From a virus, in the IMG/VR virus record IMGVR_UViG_3300019758_000009, positions 15,800-79,799 of that record: a stretch of 64,000 nucleotides of DNA; one strand, given 5' to 3'. The notes under the pieces were generated by a model that was given only the letters and a program-made list of their open reading frames with translations, was not told the origin of the DNA and made no database searches. Positions 1 to 8,360 of the stretch are shown here, piece after piece. Position numbers and translations under genes: made by a program. Within the stretch, counting starts at the first letter, position 1, and each line of letters starts with the position of its first letter.

Positions 1-768
1 GATCTCGTAATCCTTATTCCATGAACTGTAAAGGCTATTCATTAGTTCGTCAGTTAAGTACTGAGCTCTAATGTAATACTGAGGGACATCAATAGCGTTG
101 ATTTTGTTTAGTTCATCCATCATAGTTCTGAAATCCCCCATTTCTAACTCATCAGAGTAATACCTGAAGTAGTCCACATGTTTCAATAATAAACTTGGGG
201 TATCATTATTAAGCAGGCCAAGAACAGTGCCTCTAAGGGTTTTATATTCTTTGCCATCGCGAGGATTGGTCTGGCCCTTCCAGTAAGTATCCCAGTTTGC
301 CCTGGAAATGATAAATTCTCCACCTGTAAATCTTAACGGGCCATTGTTTGGAGCGTTAATGATTTTTAAATGGTTATCGCTTCTTTGTCCTTCGTTCTCG
401 TCACCTCCCCTTGTAAAGGCGGCTCCAGTGATTGAGTCATCCAATAATGATCCCCCGTCAAATTTAGGTCCTATCGCGATATAATCTGTTTCTGACAGGT
501 TATTCTTCCTTAGCCACTCGCTTACCTCTTTGAGGGTCTTTAGCTTTTTAAGGCTACGCATTGGTATTGGTAGCTTTTGTTTTCGTTCTCCTCGAAATGT
601 AAATGGCTCAATATTTACGACGAAGGGGTGATTAGGGTGTTTTTCTGCGAATGCAACCTTATGTGCATCATACACTTCATCCGATATATCAGCTTCTCCG
701 GTTCTGTACGACTTATTCCACGCCTTAAGCTTGTCAAGTAACTCTTTGTCTTTTAATGTTAATTCCAT
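1..768 (-). CDS. ligA: NAD-dependent DNA ligase, N-terminal part (runs off the window start)
   Basis: Not in the ORF track. Manual translation from ATG 768: MELTLKDKELLDKLKAWNKSYRTGEADISDEVYD...PMRSLKK...GPKFDGGS...FTRGG...GGEF. It has the domain Ia ISDxxYD motif, PMxSL, the adenylation motif KxDG and TRG. Confidence 0.9.
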   Translation of the reverse strand, partial: MELTLKDKELLDKLKAWNKSYRTGEADISDEVYDAHKVAFAEKHPNHPFVVNIEPFTFRGERKQKLPIPMRSLKKLKTLKEVSEWLRKNNLSETDYIAIGPKFDGGSLLDDSITGAAFTRGGDENEGQRSDNHLKIINAPNNGPLRFTGGEFIISRANWDTYWKGQTNPRDGKEYKTLRGTVLGLLNNDTPSLLLKHVDYFRYYSDELEMGDFRTMMDELNKINAIDVPQYYIRAQYLTDELMNSLYSSWNKDYEI

Positions 769-871
769 ATGCTATACTTTAAATGGGTATTGGTAATTCA
801 GTGCGAAAATAATACTAATAATTGATAAAACCAAAAAATGAGGACAACTTTTTACGGCTGCCCTCATTTTT

Positions 872-1732
872 TTAGAAATTAAGATCTATTATTGATTTTA
901 TTTGATCAATATCTTTTTGCCTTCCCATATCTTTTTTAGCCTTAATGATATCAAAAACTGGCTGTATGCCAACCTCTTGTCCGGATAACGTGAATACAGA
1001 AACATTATACTCAGAAGCCCTGTTAACTGTGTCTATAAGAATATCTACCTTTTTACCGCCATGCTCTAATCCTATCACGATCTTATCCAAGGTTTCGATA
1101 TACTCGCTATCATTGAATTTATATACATTCAGATTGTGTAAAGCCTGTATAATGCTCATCTGTTCAGAGCTTGGTTGATAGATAATTATATCTACATCTT
1201 CAGGGGGATTAGGGAGTTTTAGCCCATGCATATCAAGAGCTACAGAGCCACCTATTCTAATGTTATCATGCCCGGACAAGCTATCGATTATACCTAAAAC
1301 AAAATCCGGTATGTAAGTATAAATGGATGACCTTTGCTTTGCATCTACATTAATTAATGTATCGATTGAAGTTACCGGTTTCGCCGCTGTTTTAGGTGTC
1401 CCCTTACTTTCTTCTTTTTGAGATGCATATAAATCTATAAAGCTCTCCATTGATATTGAGGTAAGAACGTCTCCGTTATCGTCTTTGCCGATAAAGGATA
1501 TACGAACATTACCTTGCGATGTTAACCAGATGTTAGCTGTAGCGGGATATGCGGCTCTTCCTCTTCCTGGGAGGCCGATTTCAACATTTGAGTCTCCGTA
1601 TAAAGATTTTAATCTAGATACTATAGTCTCCCAATCAGTCCTGCTGTAAGCTTCTACCAGCACTCCGTATTCACTTGCGTCAAAACGATTTCCACGCAAT
1701 TTATCCGTTAATTTACATTTTTGTAATTCCAT
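872..1732 (-). CDS. Two-domain protein with a C-terminal nucleotidyltransferase (Pol-beta superfamily) domain
   Basis: IGGSVALDMHG...PEDVDII matches the GG/GS + DxD NTase motif, and the C-terminus has GRQKD. The N-terminal ~130 aa are unrecognised. Confidence 0.6.
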   Translation of the reverse strand: MELQKCKLTDKLRGNRFDASEYGVLVEAYSRTDWETIVSRLKSLYGDSNVEIGLPGRGRAAYPATANIWLTSQGNVRISFIGKDDNGDVLTSISMESFIDLYASQKEESKGTPKTAAKPVTSIDTLINVDAKQRSSIYTYIPDFVLGIIDSLSGHDNIRIGGSVALDMHGLKLPNPPEDVDIIIYQPSSEQMSIIQALHNLNVYKFNDSEYIETLDKIVIGLEHGGKKVDILIDTVNRASEYNVSVFTLSGQEVGIQPVFDIIKAKKDMGRQKDIDQIKSIIDLNF

Positions 1733-1852
1733 ACGCTGTAATTTTTTAATTTAGGTCAAATGTAATACTAATAATTAACAAAAGCAAAAAAGAGAAGCAA
1801 CTTTTTACGGTTACTTCTCTTTTTATAAGTTATATTATTGCCTTTGTATATT

Positions 1853-2311
1853 TTACGATACACCGCTGTGACCAAAGCCCCCTGCACCCCTTTCGGTGTT
1901 ATCCAGGGTATCAGTAAGGTCAAAAGACGCCTTACATACTGGAGCGAATACCATTTGACATATCCTGTCTCCAGGTTGTATCCTAAAGTCATCTAGGCCT
2001 AGATTTTTCAAAATTACCTTAACCTCTCCCCTGTAGTCGGCATCTATAGTTCCCGGTGTGTTCAGCACGGTTATACTATGCTTGGCAGCTAGGCCACTTC
2101 TAGGCCTAATTTGCCCCTCATATCCTGGCGGGATAGCCATAAATAGCCCGGTAGGTATAATAATTGACTGCATCGGCTTGCAGTATAGCTCGTCAACACT
2201 GAAAGAGCTAAGGTCAGCCCTTAAATCCATTCCTGATGAATTTTCGGTAGAATATTCCGGTAACGGGTTGTTTGATTTGTTTACTATCTTAATTTTTAGA
2301 TCCATACTCAA
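1853..2311 (-). CDS. dut: dUTPase (trimeric)
   Basis: All five motifs are present: SGMDL, RPRSGLA, GTIDADYRGE, GDRICQ, RGAGGFGHSG. Confidence 0.97.
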   Translation of the reverse strand: MSMDLKIKIVNKSNNPLPEYSTENSSGMDLRADLSSFSVDELYCKPMQSIIIPTGLFMAIPPGYEGQIRPRSGLAAKHSITVLNTPGTIDADYRGEVKVILKNLGLDDFRIQPGDRICQMVFAPVCKASFDLTDTLDNTERGAGGFGHSGVS

Positions 2312-2639
2312 TAACTTTTGCGTTTTTTAATGATAGCGTTCTTTTACCTTTTATTTTTCGAGATGGTAAATATTCTCGGTCAATACCGCATAGCTTGTCG
2401 TACTCCTCAATTCTAAGTACGCCGATGTCGGATGTCTCGATTTCAACATCTGGATGCATATGCCTCCAATAAAACCCAGCAGCCGTATAAACTTTGCCGT
2501 TACATGTATTCGATATACCTTGAGGCATTGATGCTGTAAGTTCAGCAGCGGCCCTTACCGATTTAAATACACCAACAAGTATTCGAGCTGGGTTGAAAGC
2601 TAAGACTATTTTTGACTCTGGTAGGTTTAATCCAGTCAT
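2289..2639 (-). CDS. NUMOD1-like small DNA-binding protein
   Basis: FKSVRAAAELT...ISNTCNGKVYTAAGFYWR resembles the NUMOD1 HTH consensus. No nuclease domain is visible. Confidence 0.6.
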   Translation of the reverse strand: MTGLNLPESKIVLAFNPARILVGVFKSVRAAAELTASMPQGISNTCNGKVYTAAGFYWRHMHPDVEIETSDIGVLRIEEYDKLCGIDREYLPSRKIKGKRTLSLKNAKVIEYGSKN

Positions 2640-2678
2640 ATAATTTATTTTAAAGCAAAAGCCCCCGAAGGGGCTTGG

Positions 2679-3131
2679 TTATGCTTGGTTAACGTCTTCC
2701 TGTTTTGGTAAACGGGCATCAGATGCTTCTGACAAGTATCTGTCACTAACAGTGAATCCATTAATGAATACTTCATGCAATCTCTCGTAAGAGTAAAACA
2801 ACAGGCTAGGAACAGCCCAGCATGCGAAATCAAATCCAAGAATAGCGCTGATCATTGATGGCTGGCCTTCTAGTTTTAAATGGATATGCTTTTTGTCAAT
2901 CTCAAGTCTTTCACATACGAAATCAATCTGTTTCTCTCTTTCCTCAAGGTAACCTTGAACAGTTAGCCCCTTTCCGGCCTCACCTAGCGACTCAATGAAG
3001 TGTTCCGCATTGAACACTCGGTTGCTACCGATATTTGAAAAAAGTAACCCTGGAAGCTCTTTATAGGTGGCTTCACCCTCTTGTTTTACTTGCCCTAAAT
3101 CGCAAGCTTCTTCGTTTTCTTTCATAAGCAA
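2679..3131 (-). CDS. Hypothetical protein, possibly a degenerate KilA-N domain (start probably 3125)
   Basis: FNAEHF...LGFDFACWAVPSL resembles KilA-N 'NAT...A..FA.W.SP.F'. Confidence 0.4.
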   Translation of the reverse strand: MLMKENEEACDLGQVKQEGEATYKELPGLLFSNIGSNRVFNAEHFIESLGEAGKGLTVQGYLEEREKQIDFVCERLEIDKKHIHLKLEGQPSMISAILGFDFACWAVPSLLFYSYERLHEVFINGFTVSDRYLSEASDARLPKQEDVNQA

Positions 3132-3174
3132 ATATTATTATGCAAAGATATTAAAATAATTGAAATTTACAACA

Positions 3175-3741
3175 CTATGGATTAATTAATCCATTTCTCA
3201 CCAATATTTCATGGAGCTTCATCGGGTCATTAGCATAAACCCTTGTAGGGTTAGCTCCACTTCTAAGCTGGAAGTGTGGTGAATCTACAAATTTCTTCCA
3301 GTATCCTCCCACCTCTAAACCTAAGTCAGCGCCGCACTTCATCATGGTTTCCCATTCATACTTATGCTCCTTTAAAGTCCAAACTAAATCTAAATCTCCA
3401 TCATTGTCAAGGTCTAGTCTAGGAACTGCGTCGAACGCCTCCCCTAGATTATGGAACGACTCTGCTGGGCCGGCGTTGGTGACAATGTTGGGACCCGACT
3501 GTGGTCCTACGTTAATGAGGATGTCTGCAAGAAAATGATATCCTCTTTGGCGGTATTTATGGGCCTTTTCTTTCACCTGAAAGTAAGACCTTCCTTTTCT
3601 GTAAAGCTTCGCTTGCTCCTCAAGCGTTCTAGTTGTGCTGTAAATTAACACATCAAGACCTCTTGCTTTGGTTAGCTTCAGGAACTCATAAGCTTTATCC
3701 CTCATCTGAGGGACTAGTAAGTCAATCTTTTTATTCGACAT
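3175..3741 (-). CDS. M15-family peptidase (L-Ala-D-Glu peptidase-type endolysin)
   Basis: RTLEEQAKLY, SFHNLGEAFD and VDSPHFQ give the H/D/H zinc ligands. Confidence 0.85.
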   Translation of the reverse strand: MSNKKIDLLVPQMRDKAYEFLKLTKARGLDVLIYSTTRTLEEQAKLYRKGRSYFQVKEKAHKYRQRGYHFLADILINVGPQSGPNIVTNAGPAESFHNLGEAFDAVPRLDLDNDGDLDLVWTLKEHKYEWETMMKCGADLGLEVGGYWKKFVDSPHFQLRSGANPTRVYANDPMKLHEILVRNGLINP

Positions 3742-3752
3742 ATGACCCTGTA

Positions 3753-4304
3753 TTAGTTATCGTCTTCCTCTTCCTCTAAATTAATAGGTAGATTAGCTTT
3801 GGTAGCTAATGCTACGTGCGTTATCTTTGTAATGAGAGCAGAATAAAGGTCCGTTACTTTACCGTTCACAATTTTATATGTGAAAGTAACATTTTTCAAC
3901 TCATCCTCCAGCCTGATGATTGCATCTTTCTGCGATGATGCCGGCATGATGAATTTTTCCTTTACAACTTTTACCTTGTTTTTACCAGCTTCTTCCTCAA
4001 AAGCTACTGTTAACTCCCAGAACATATCCTCAAACTCGTAAGGAATATACTCCACGAATGAACCGGCCGTGTCCGGGGTATAGGCGATAACGTCGTTAAG
4101 ACTGACACCTGAAAATTGAACTCTTTCAATTTTATCGACAACTGTATTGTCTGTGTAGTTGGTTAGGGTGTTAAGGTAATCCTGAGCTACAACCTCAGCT
4201 TCCGTAAATGAAGAAACCTCCAATAATACAACGCGTTTTCTAACGCTTAACTCTCCTTCTGAGTTTTCAGCCGTGATACGGCCTGTGATTTTAAATAAAT
4301 TCAT
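3753..4304 (-). CDS. DUF4494-like protein (Bacteroidota family)
   Basis: N-terminal F.I...ENSEG...LLEVSSFTEAE and a second repeat FWELTVAFEEE..K.K..K...A.S match the family pattern as recalled. Confidence 0.6.
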   Translation of the reverse strand: MNLFKITGRITAENSEGELSVRKRVVLLEVSSFTEAEVVAQDYLNTLTNYTDNTVVDKIERVQFSGVSLNDVIAYTPDTAGSFVEYIPYEFEDMFWELTVAFEEEAGKNKVKVVKEKFIMPASSQKDAIIRLEDELKNVTFTYKIVNGKVTDLYSALITKITHVALATKANLPINLEEEEDDN

Positions 4305-4338
4305 ACGCTATAATTTTAAATTCGATGCAAAGGTAACA

Positions 4339-4725
4339 TTATTTTTTAATATACCAAAAAACATCTGGGTTTTCTTTAAATTTTCTTTCGTACCCATTGT
4401 TTTTCATGAGTTTTATAATCTCATCGGATTTCCATGTGTCTGTAATTTTCGAGAAGCCATCTATGGTGACATTCTGATTGCAGAGCAATTTAACCCTTTC
4501 CTTTTCTATAAGGAACTGAGCGCAGATCTCTTCAGCTTTGTTTTGCTCCAAGGTACATTTATACCTCCAGAAATGCTGAATGAAACCTCGTGGTGATTCG
4601 ATAGTGTGCTTACCATTCCATTCCCAGTAATCGTATTTTTCGCCGTGTGCCTTAGCAAAAGCAACAAGATCCGTGACTAAGAGCTTGTTTTTGCGTGCTA
4701 TTTCAGATATTAACTTTTGTGCCAT
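4339..4725 (-). CDS. Hypothetical protein
   Basis: 128 aa ORF in the co-oriented block, preceded by a TATATTTGCA promoter on the minus strand. Confidence 0.6.
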   Translation of the reverse strand: MAQKLISEIARKNKLLVTDLVAFAKAHGEKYDYWEWNGKHTIESPRGFIQHFWRYKCTLEQNKAEEICAQFLIEKERVKLLCNQNVTIDGFSKITDTWKSDEIIKLMKNNGYERKFKENPDVFWYIKK

Positions 4726-4804
4726 AATGCGCGTTTTAGATTCATAAGCGAGTAATTATTTATTAAGTGCAAATATAAAATAAATAATTGACATATGCAA
4801 GTTT

Positions 4805-5668
4805 TTACTTGACAAATTTAAATTCACCATCCCAGCTAGATAGCATCGGTAATTTCTCTGACTTGTATAAGCGGTAAATTTTCTCCATACCGATTTTAGT
4901 TAACGTTAGAACAGACTCTCTTCTGTAAAACCATTTACCTTGCCGCGTTTTAGCTACAGGTTCATCAGATTCAAGAAAATTAATCTGGAACCAATCTCTG
5001 GTGTAGCCAGTTGGTAAGTACCCAACCTGCTGGAAGAGTTGATCCCCAGACTCTACCCACACCTTTGAATGCATTTTAATCTTTTTCTTAGCAATCAAAT
5101 GAGACAATAACCCTTTCTGTTTAACGCCATTAAGCTGTAACACGGCTTGGGTGAGAGTTATTCCAGCTTTGAAGTTGTCTATCAAATCGTCTACGTGACT
5201 TTCTGATTTTGTCAACTTCTCTTGTAGCTGCCTATTTTCTTCGAGTTGCTTAGACATGAATAAAACTTCAGTTTCAGACAGACTGGGAAAGTATGTCTTT
5301 ATGAATTGAAGAGATGAGTTTTCCGCAACGAATCCACCAGTACGCCTGATTGTTGGTAGTACAAGATCAGTTATCCAATCTTGAAAGTCTTCTGCTGAAG
5401 GAGAATTAGACTTTATTGTTGCTCTATAAAGTTGCTTTTCTGATATGAAATCAGACTTATGTAAAGGTGGCGTTTCTGCCGCCTCGCTAACTTTCAGTGC
5501 TTTACGTAACTTATTCATATCTGGAAGCTTGTTCCCGCTCGTCGTAACTTTTGTCGGAGCCCACAATTTTAAAGCTACCTCACCAGCGTTAAACATTGGC
5601 TTTTCTGATGTTCCATACACGCTAAAATCACCAAACATACGATGTTTGAAATTCTTTAATTTTTCCAT
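4805..5668 (-). CDS. Bro-N domain antirepressor (KilAC-like C-terminus)
   Basis: FKHRMFG..., PMFNAGEVA, FISEKQLY, AEDFQDWITDLVLPTIRRTGGF, and C-terminal LTKIG. Confidence 0.85.
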   Translation of the reverse strand: MEKLKNFKHRMFGDFSVYGTSEKPMFNAGEVALKLWAPTKVTTSGNKLPDMNKLRKALKVSEAAETPPLHKSDFISEKQLYRATIKSNSPSAEDFQDWITDLVLPTIRRTGGFVAENSSLQFIKTYFPSLSETEVLFMSKQLEENRQLQEKLTKSESHVDDLIDNFKAGITLTQAVLQLNGVKQKGLLSHLIAKKKIKMHSKVWVESGDQLFQQVGYLPTGYTRDWFQINFLESDEPVAKTRQGKWFYRRESVLTLTKIGMEKIYRLYKSEKLPMLSSWDGEFKFVK

Positions 5669-5704
5669 AAGCTTTTATTTTAATTGTACATAATATAATT
5701 TATT

Positions 5705-5728
5705 CTCCCGCACGATATCGTGCGGGAG
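5705..5728. promoter_or_regulatory. Perfect 24-bp palindrome (operator or hairpin)
   Basis: CTCCCGCACGAT|ATCGTGCGGGAG lies 37 bp upstream of the antirepressor start. Confidence 0.5.
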
Positions 5729-5784
5729 CTAATGGACAGTGTGTTACGTTATTTATTTAAATTGCCCGTAAACATAACTGTTCA

Positions 5785-6543
5785 TCAAGAGGTTTTTATA
5801 ATTCGATCCCCTTCAAGCTTGAAGTCCCCAGCTTTCGGCTTTTGATATACTGGATAGTCGCCACGTTTACCTCCTAACATTTTGAATCTAGCCCAAATAT
5901 CATCCTCGTATTGCCATAAAGCATTTATAGCTGATAGATCTATGGAGATGCCATTATCATCTCGCATTTTGATGATATTAACAAACCCGCTATCTGGATT
6001 TGATAACTCGGACAGCCTCTTGTATGTTGCGCGTTTTGAGATACCTATCAACTCAAGATCCCCGGCTATTTTTGTAGAGGAATGGTATGTGCTGATTGTT
6101 TTTAGATCTCCATCGATGTAAAATATTTTCCATAACAGCGCTAGGAATAGCTTCTGGTAGACGGTAAGTACAGAGGTGGTAAGAATTACACTGGGGATTC
6201 GCTCAGCTTTTTCTTGTTTGCTTTCCAGTATATCTACTGTTATGTGTACTTTTTTACCGTCTTCGCTCATTTTTCTCATTACAGAAATAGCGTTCGCCTG
6301 CTCTAATTCAAGTAATGCTTTCTGGTAGGTGTTTGAGCTTATCGCGAACTTTTTCTTCATGAAGGTATAACTTGGGTCAAACCTCTTGTTTTCTGTTTCC
6401 AGAACCCCCTTTGTCCATCTGATGGCTAGGTACACAAATTTAGATGCTGGAGATATAGCGTCATTGCCTACGGTTCTTAATTTTCTAATTCTTTCTGGGA
6501 GTGGTGTCTCCCCTCCTTTAAACTCTATAAAGTTCTTCTTCAT
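5785..6543 (-). CDS. Tandem winged-helix protein, putative replication initiator
   Basis: Two HTH_36-like units (ISPASKFVYLAI..PS..ISSNTYQKALLELE and LTVYQKLFLALL..ISKRATYKRLSEL). Iteron-like repeats are adjacent. Confidence 0.55.
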   Translation of the reverse strand: MKKNFIEFKGGETPLPERIRKLRTVGNDAISPASKFVYLAIRWTKGVLETENKRFDPSYTFMKKKFAISSNTYQKALLELEQANAISVMRKMSEDGKKVHITVDILESKQEKAERIPSVILTTSVLTVYQKLFLALLWKIFYIDGDLKTISTYHSSTKIAGDLELIGISKRATYKRLSELSNPDSGFVNIIKMRDDNGISIDLSAINALWQYEDDIWARFKMLGGKRGDYPVYQKPKAGDFKLEGDRIIKTS

Positions 6544-6654
6544 AAGCTAGCTTGTTTGTTTATCGATTTTTACTTTATGGTGCAAATATATAAAAAAAAC
6601 TTTAAATAGCAAATAAAGCGCTCTTTATTTCTAATTTCACTGCATAAATAAACC

Positions 6655-6735
6655 ACTGCACAGAAAGAGTGGGTTTACTGCACAGAAAGAGTGGGTTTAC
6701 TGCACAGAAAGAGTGATCTACTGCACAGAAAGAGT
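6655..6735. repeat. Four iteron-like direct repeats (putative origin)
   Basis: Core ACTGCACAGAAAGAGT at 6655, 6677, 6699 and 6720 (spacing 22/22/21), followed by AAAAYCCAA-type repeats and AT-rich DNA. Confidence 0.85.
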
Positions 6736-6937
6736 ACAGTAAAAACCCAAGCGTAAAATCCAATAGTGAAAACCCAAGATAAAACCCTTTGTAAAAAAAA
6801 TGTTCGCTACGCTCACTGAATTTCGCTTCGCATTTTTAACACCTTTTTAAAAACACCCAAACAATTCCCCATACATCCAGATTAATTGCAATAACATTCT
6901 ACGCAATTGCAATTCGCGAATCAAGGATTGCAATTAA

Positions 6938-6964
6938 AACCAATAAAAGAACCTTCCAGCTATT
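6938..6964 (+). promoter_or_regulatory. Putative phage late promoter AACCA-N17-CTATT (first of several copies)
   Basis: The same motif and spacing occur at 10262, 15190, 15889, 58080 and 63685, with AACCT at 61875 and N16 variants at 10372 and 11079. Confidence 0.65.
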
Positions 6965-6999
6965 CTTAATTATGTAATCGATAATCAAAAAACAAGCAT

Positions 7000-8301
7000 A
7001 TGCCAGAAATAAAATCAAAAGACTTTTCTACCGCCGACAACCCAGTAGTCGGAATGGATGAGGCCACCCTGCATTCGGTGTACAAGACTTCAAAGAAAGT
7101 CATACAGGAGTATGTAAGGGAAATAGAACGACACAATAGATACAAAACGGCCAGAGCAGATTTTTCTACGAAGGTAATTATGGATAACCGCGCGGCCCTA
7201 ATCGATCTTTACGAGGCATGCATGCAGCAGGATGCCCATATGAAAAGCGTTATTGAGACATTAGAATCTCAGGTTCTCGGAGAGCGCTATATGATGGCCA
7301 GACAAACTCAAAGTGGCCAATATGTCAAAAATATTGACGAAACGAAGAAAATTCAAGGCACCCAGTTCATAAAAATAATTAAAGGCATCCTAGAGTCGAA
7401 GCTTTATGGTTATACGTTGATCGAGCTAGGAAGAGGCACTCATCCTATTACAGGGAAATTGACTGATGTAAAACTTGTTGAAAGGAGAAACGTGTTAGCG
7501 GACCAGCATTACGTTGTGAAACGCCAAGGTCAGTACTACCCAGGGTGGGATATAAATGAACCAGCTTATGTTGATGATTATGTTCTGGTAAAAAATGATG
7601 ATCTGGGTATGTTCTCAGCAACCACTCCGCTTATACTCGCGAAGAAATTCACATTCGCTAATTACGTTAGCTTTGCACAAACGTACGGCCAGCCAATAAT
7701 TCAAGGAAAAACAGCCGATGAGGGCACTACGGCCAGGCAACAATTGGCAAATGAAATTGCCACGGCCTCAGCTCAGCGGATAATTGTTACCGGCCTACAA
7801 GATGAGTTAAGTGTTCACGCTTTAGCTATGTCTAATTCAGAAAAGATATACACAAGTTTGGTGGATATGGTAAATGCTGAAGTTTCAAACTTAGTCTTAG
7901 GGTCAGAATCTATGGCTGGAGCTACACAGAGTTATGTTGGATCATCCAATGCCCATCAGGATATATTCAGAGATAGAATTGAGGTTTATCGTGAATACAT
8001 TGAGAACATAATGAATGAAGAGATAATTCCAAGACTTGTTAAGAAAGGCATGCTTGAGCCTGGCAATGAATTTAAATACGCCAACAAACTTGAGATGTCT
8101 AACGAGGACCGGATCAAACTTTACAACTTCATAACCGACAAATACAATGTTACTCCTGAAGAAATAGAAAAAGAATTTGGTATAGTCGTTGGTTCCCAGT
8201 TCAACGCGGCAATCGCTGCTGCTACTAACGAAAACCAAAAGCCAGCCACAACGAAATTGAAAAAAGTTGAGGCCAAGGTAAATTTTCTGACGAGGAAGTA
8301 G
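7000..8301 (+). CDS. Portal protein (Mu gp29/DUF935-like)
   Basis: R..LIDLYE...D.H..S; ILESKLYGYTLIEL; FAQTYGQP; NAEVS.LVLG; H...IMNEEIIPRL. It is the first gene of the head module. Confidence 0.85.
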   Translation: MPEIKSKDFSTADNPVVGMDEATLHSVYKTSKKVIQEYVREIERHNRYKTARADFSTKVIMDNRAALIDLYEACMQQDAHMKSVIETLESQVLGERYMMARQTQSGQYVKNIDETKKIQGTQFIKIIKGILESKLYGYTLIELGRGTHPITGKLTDVKLVERRNVLADQHYVVKRQGQYYPGWDINEPAYVDDYVLVKNDDLGMFSATTPLILAKKFTFANYVSFAQTYGQPIIQGKTADEGTTARQQLANEIATASAQRIIVTGLQDELSVHALAMSNSEKIYTSLVDMVNAEVSNLVLGSESMAGATQSYVGSSNAHQDIFRDRIEVYREYIENIMNEEIIPRLVKKGMLEPGNEFKYANKLEMSNEDRIKLYNFITDKYNVTPEEIEKEFGIVVGSQFNAAIAAATNENQKPATTKLKKVEAKVNFLTRK

Positions 8302-8320
8302 ACGGGTCTACTGCTTCCTC
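8280..8320 (+). other. Predicted -1 programmed ribosomal frameshift signal (portal to gpF-like)
   Basis: In-frame slippery heptamer A AAT TTT (8280-8286), a 5-nt spacer and a hairpin GAGGAAGTAGAC-GG-GTCTACTGCTTCCTC. The -1 frame is open into ORF 8361. Confidence 0.7.
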
Positions 8321-8360
8321 TATTGAATCGATCACAGCCAAGATCTCAGATTTTTACAAT

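Noticed and set aside
6655-6735. CRISPR array
   Set aside because: The 16-bp cores are separated by only 5-6 nt of near-identical sequence, there are no unique spacers, and no cas genes are present. It fits iterons better.
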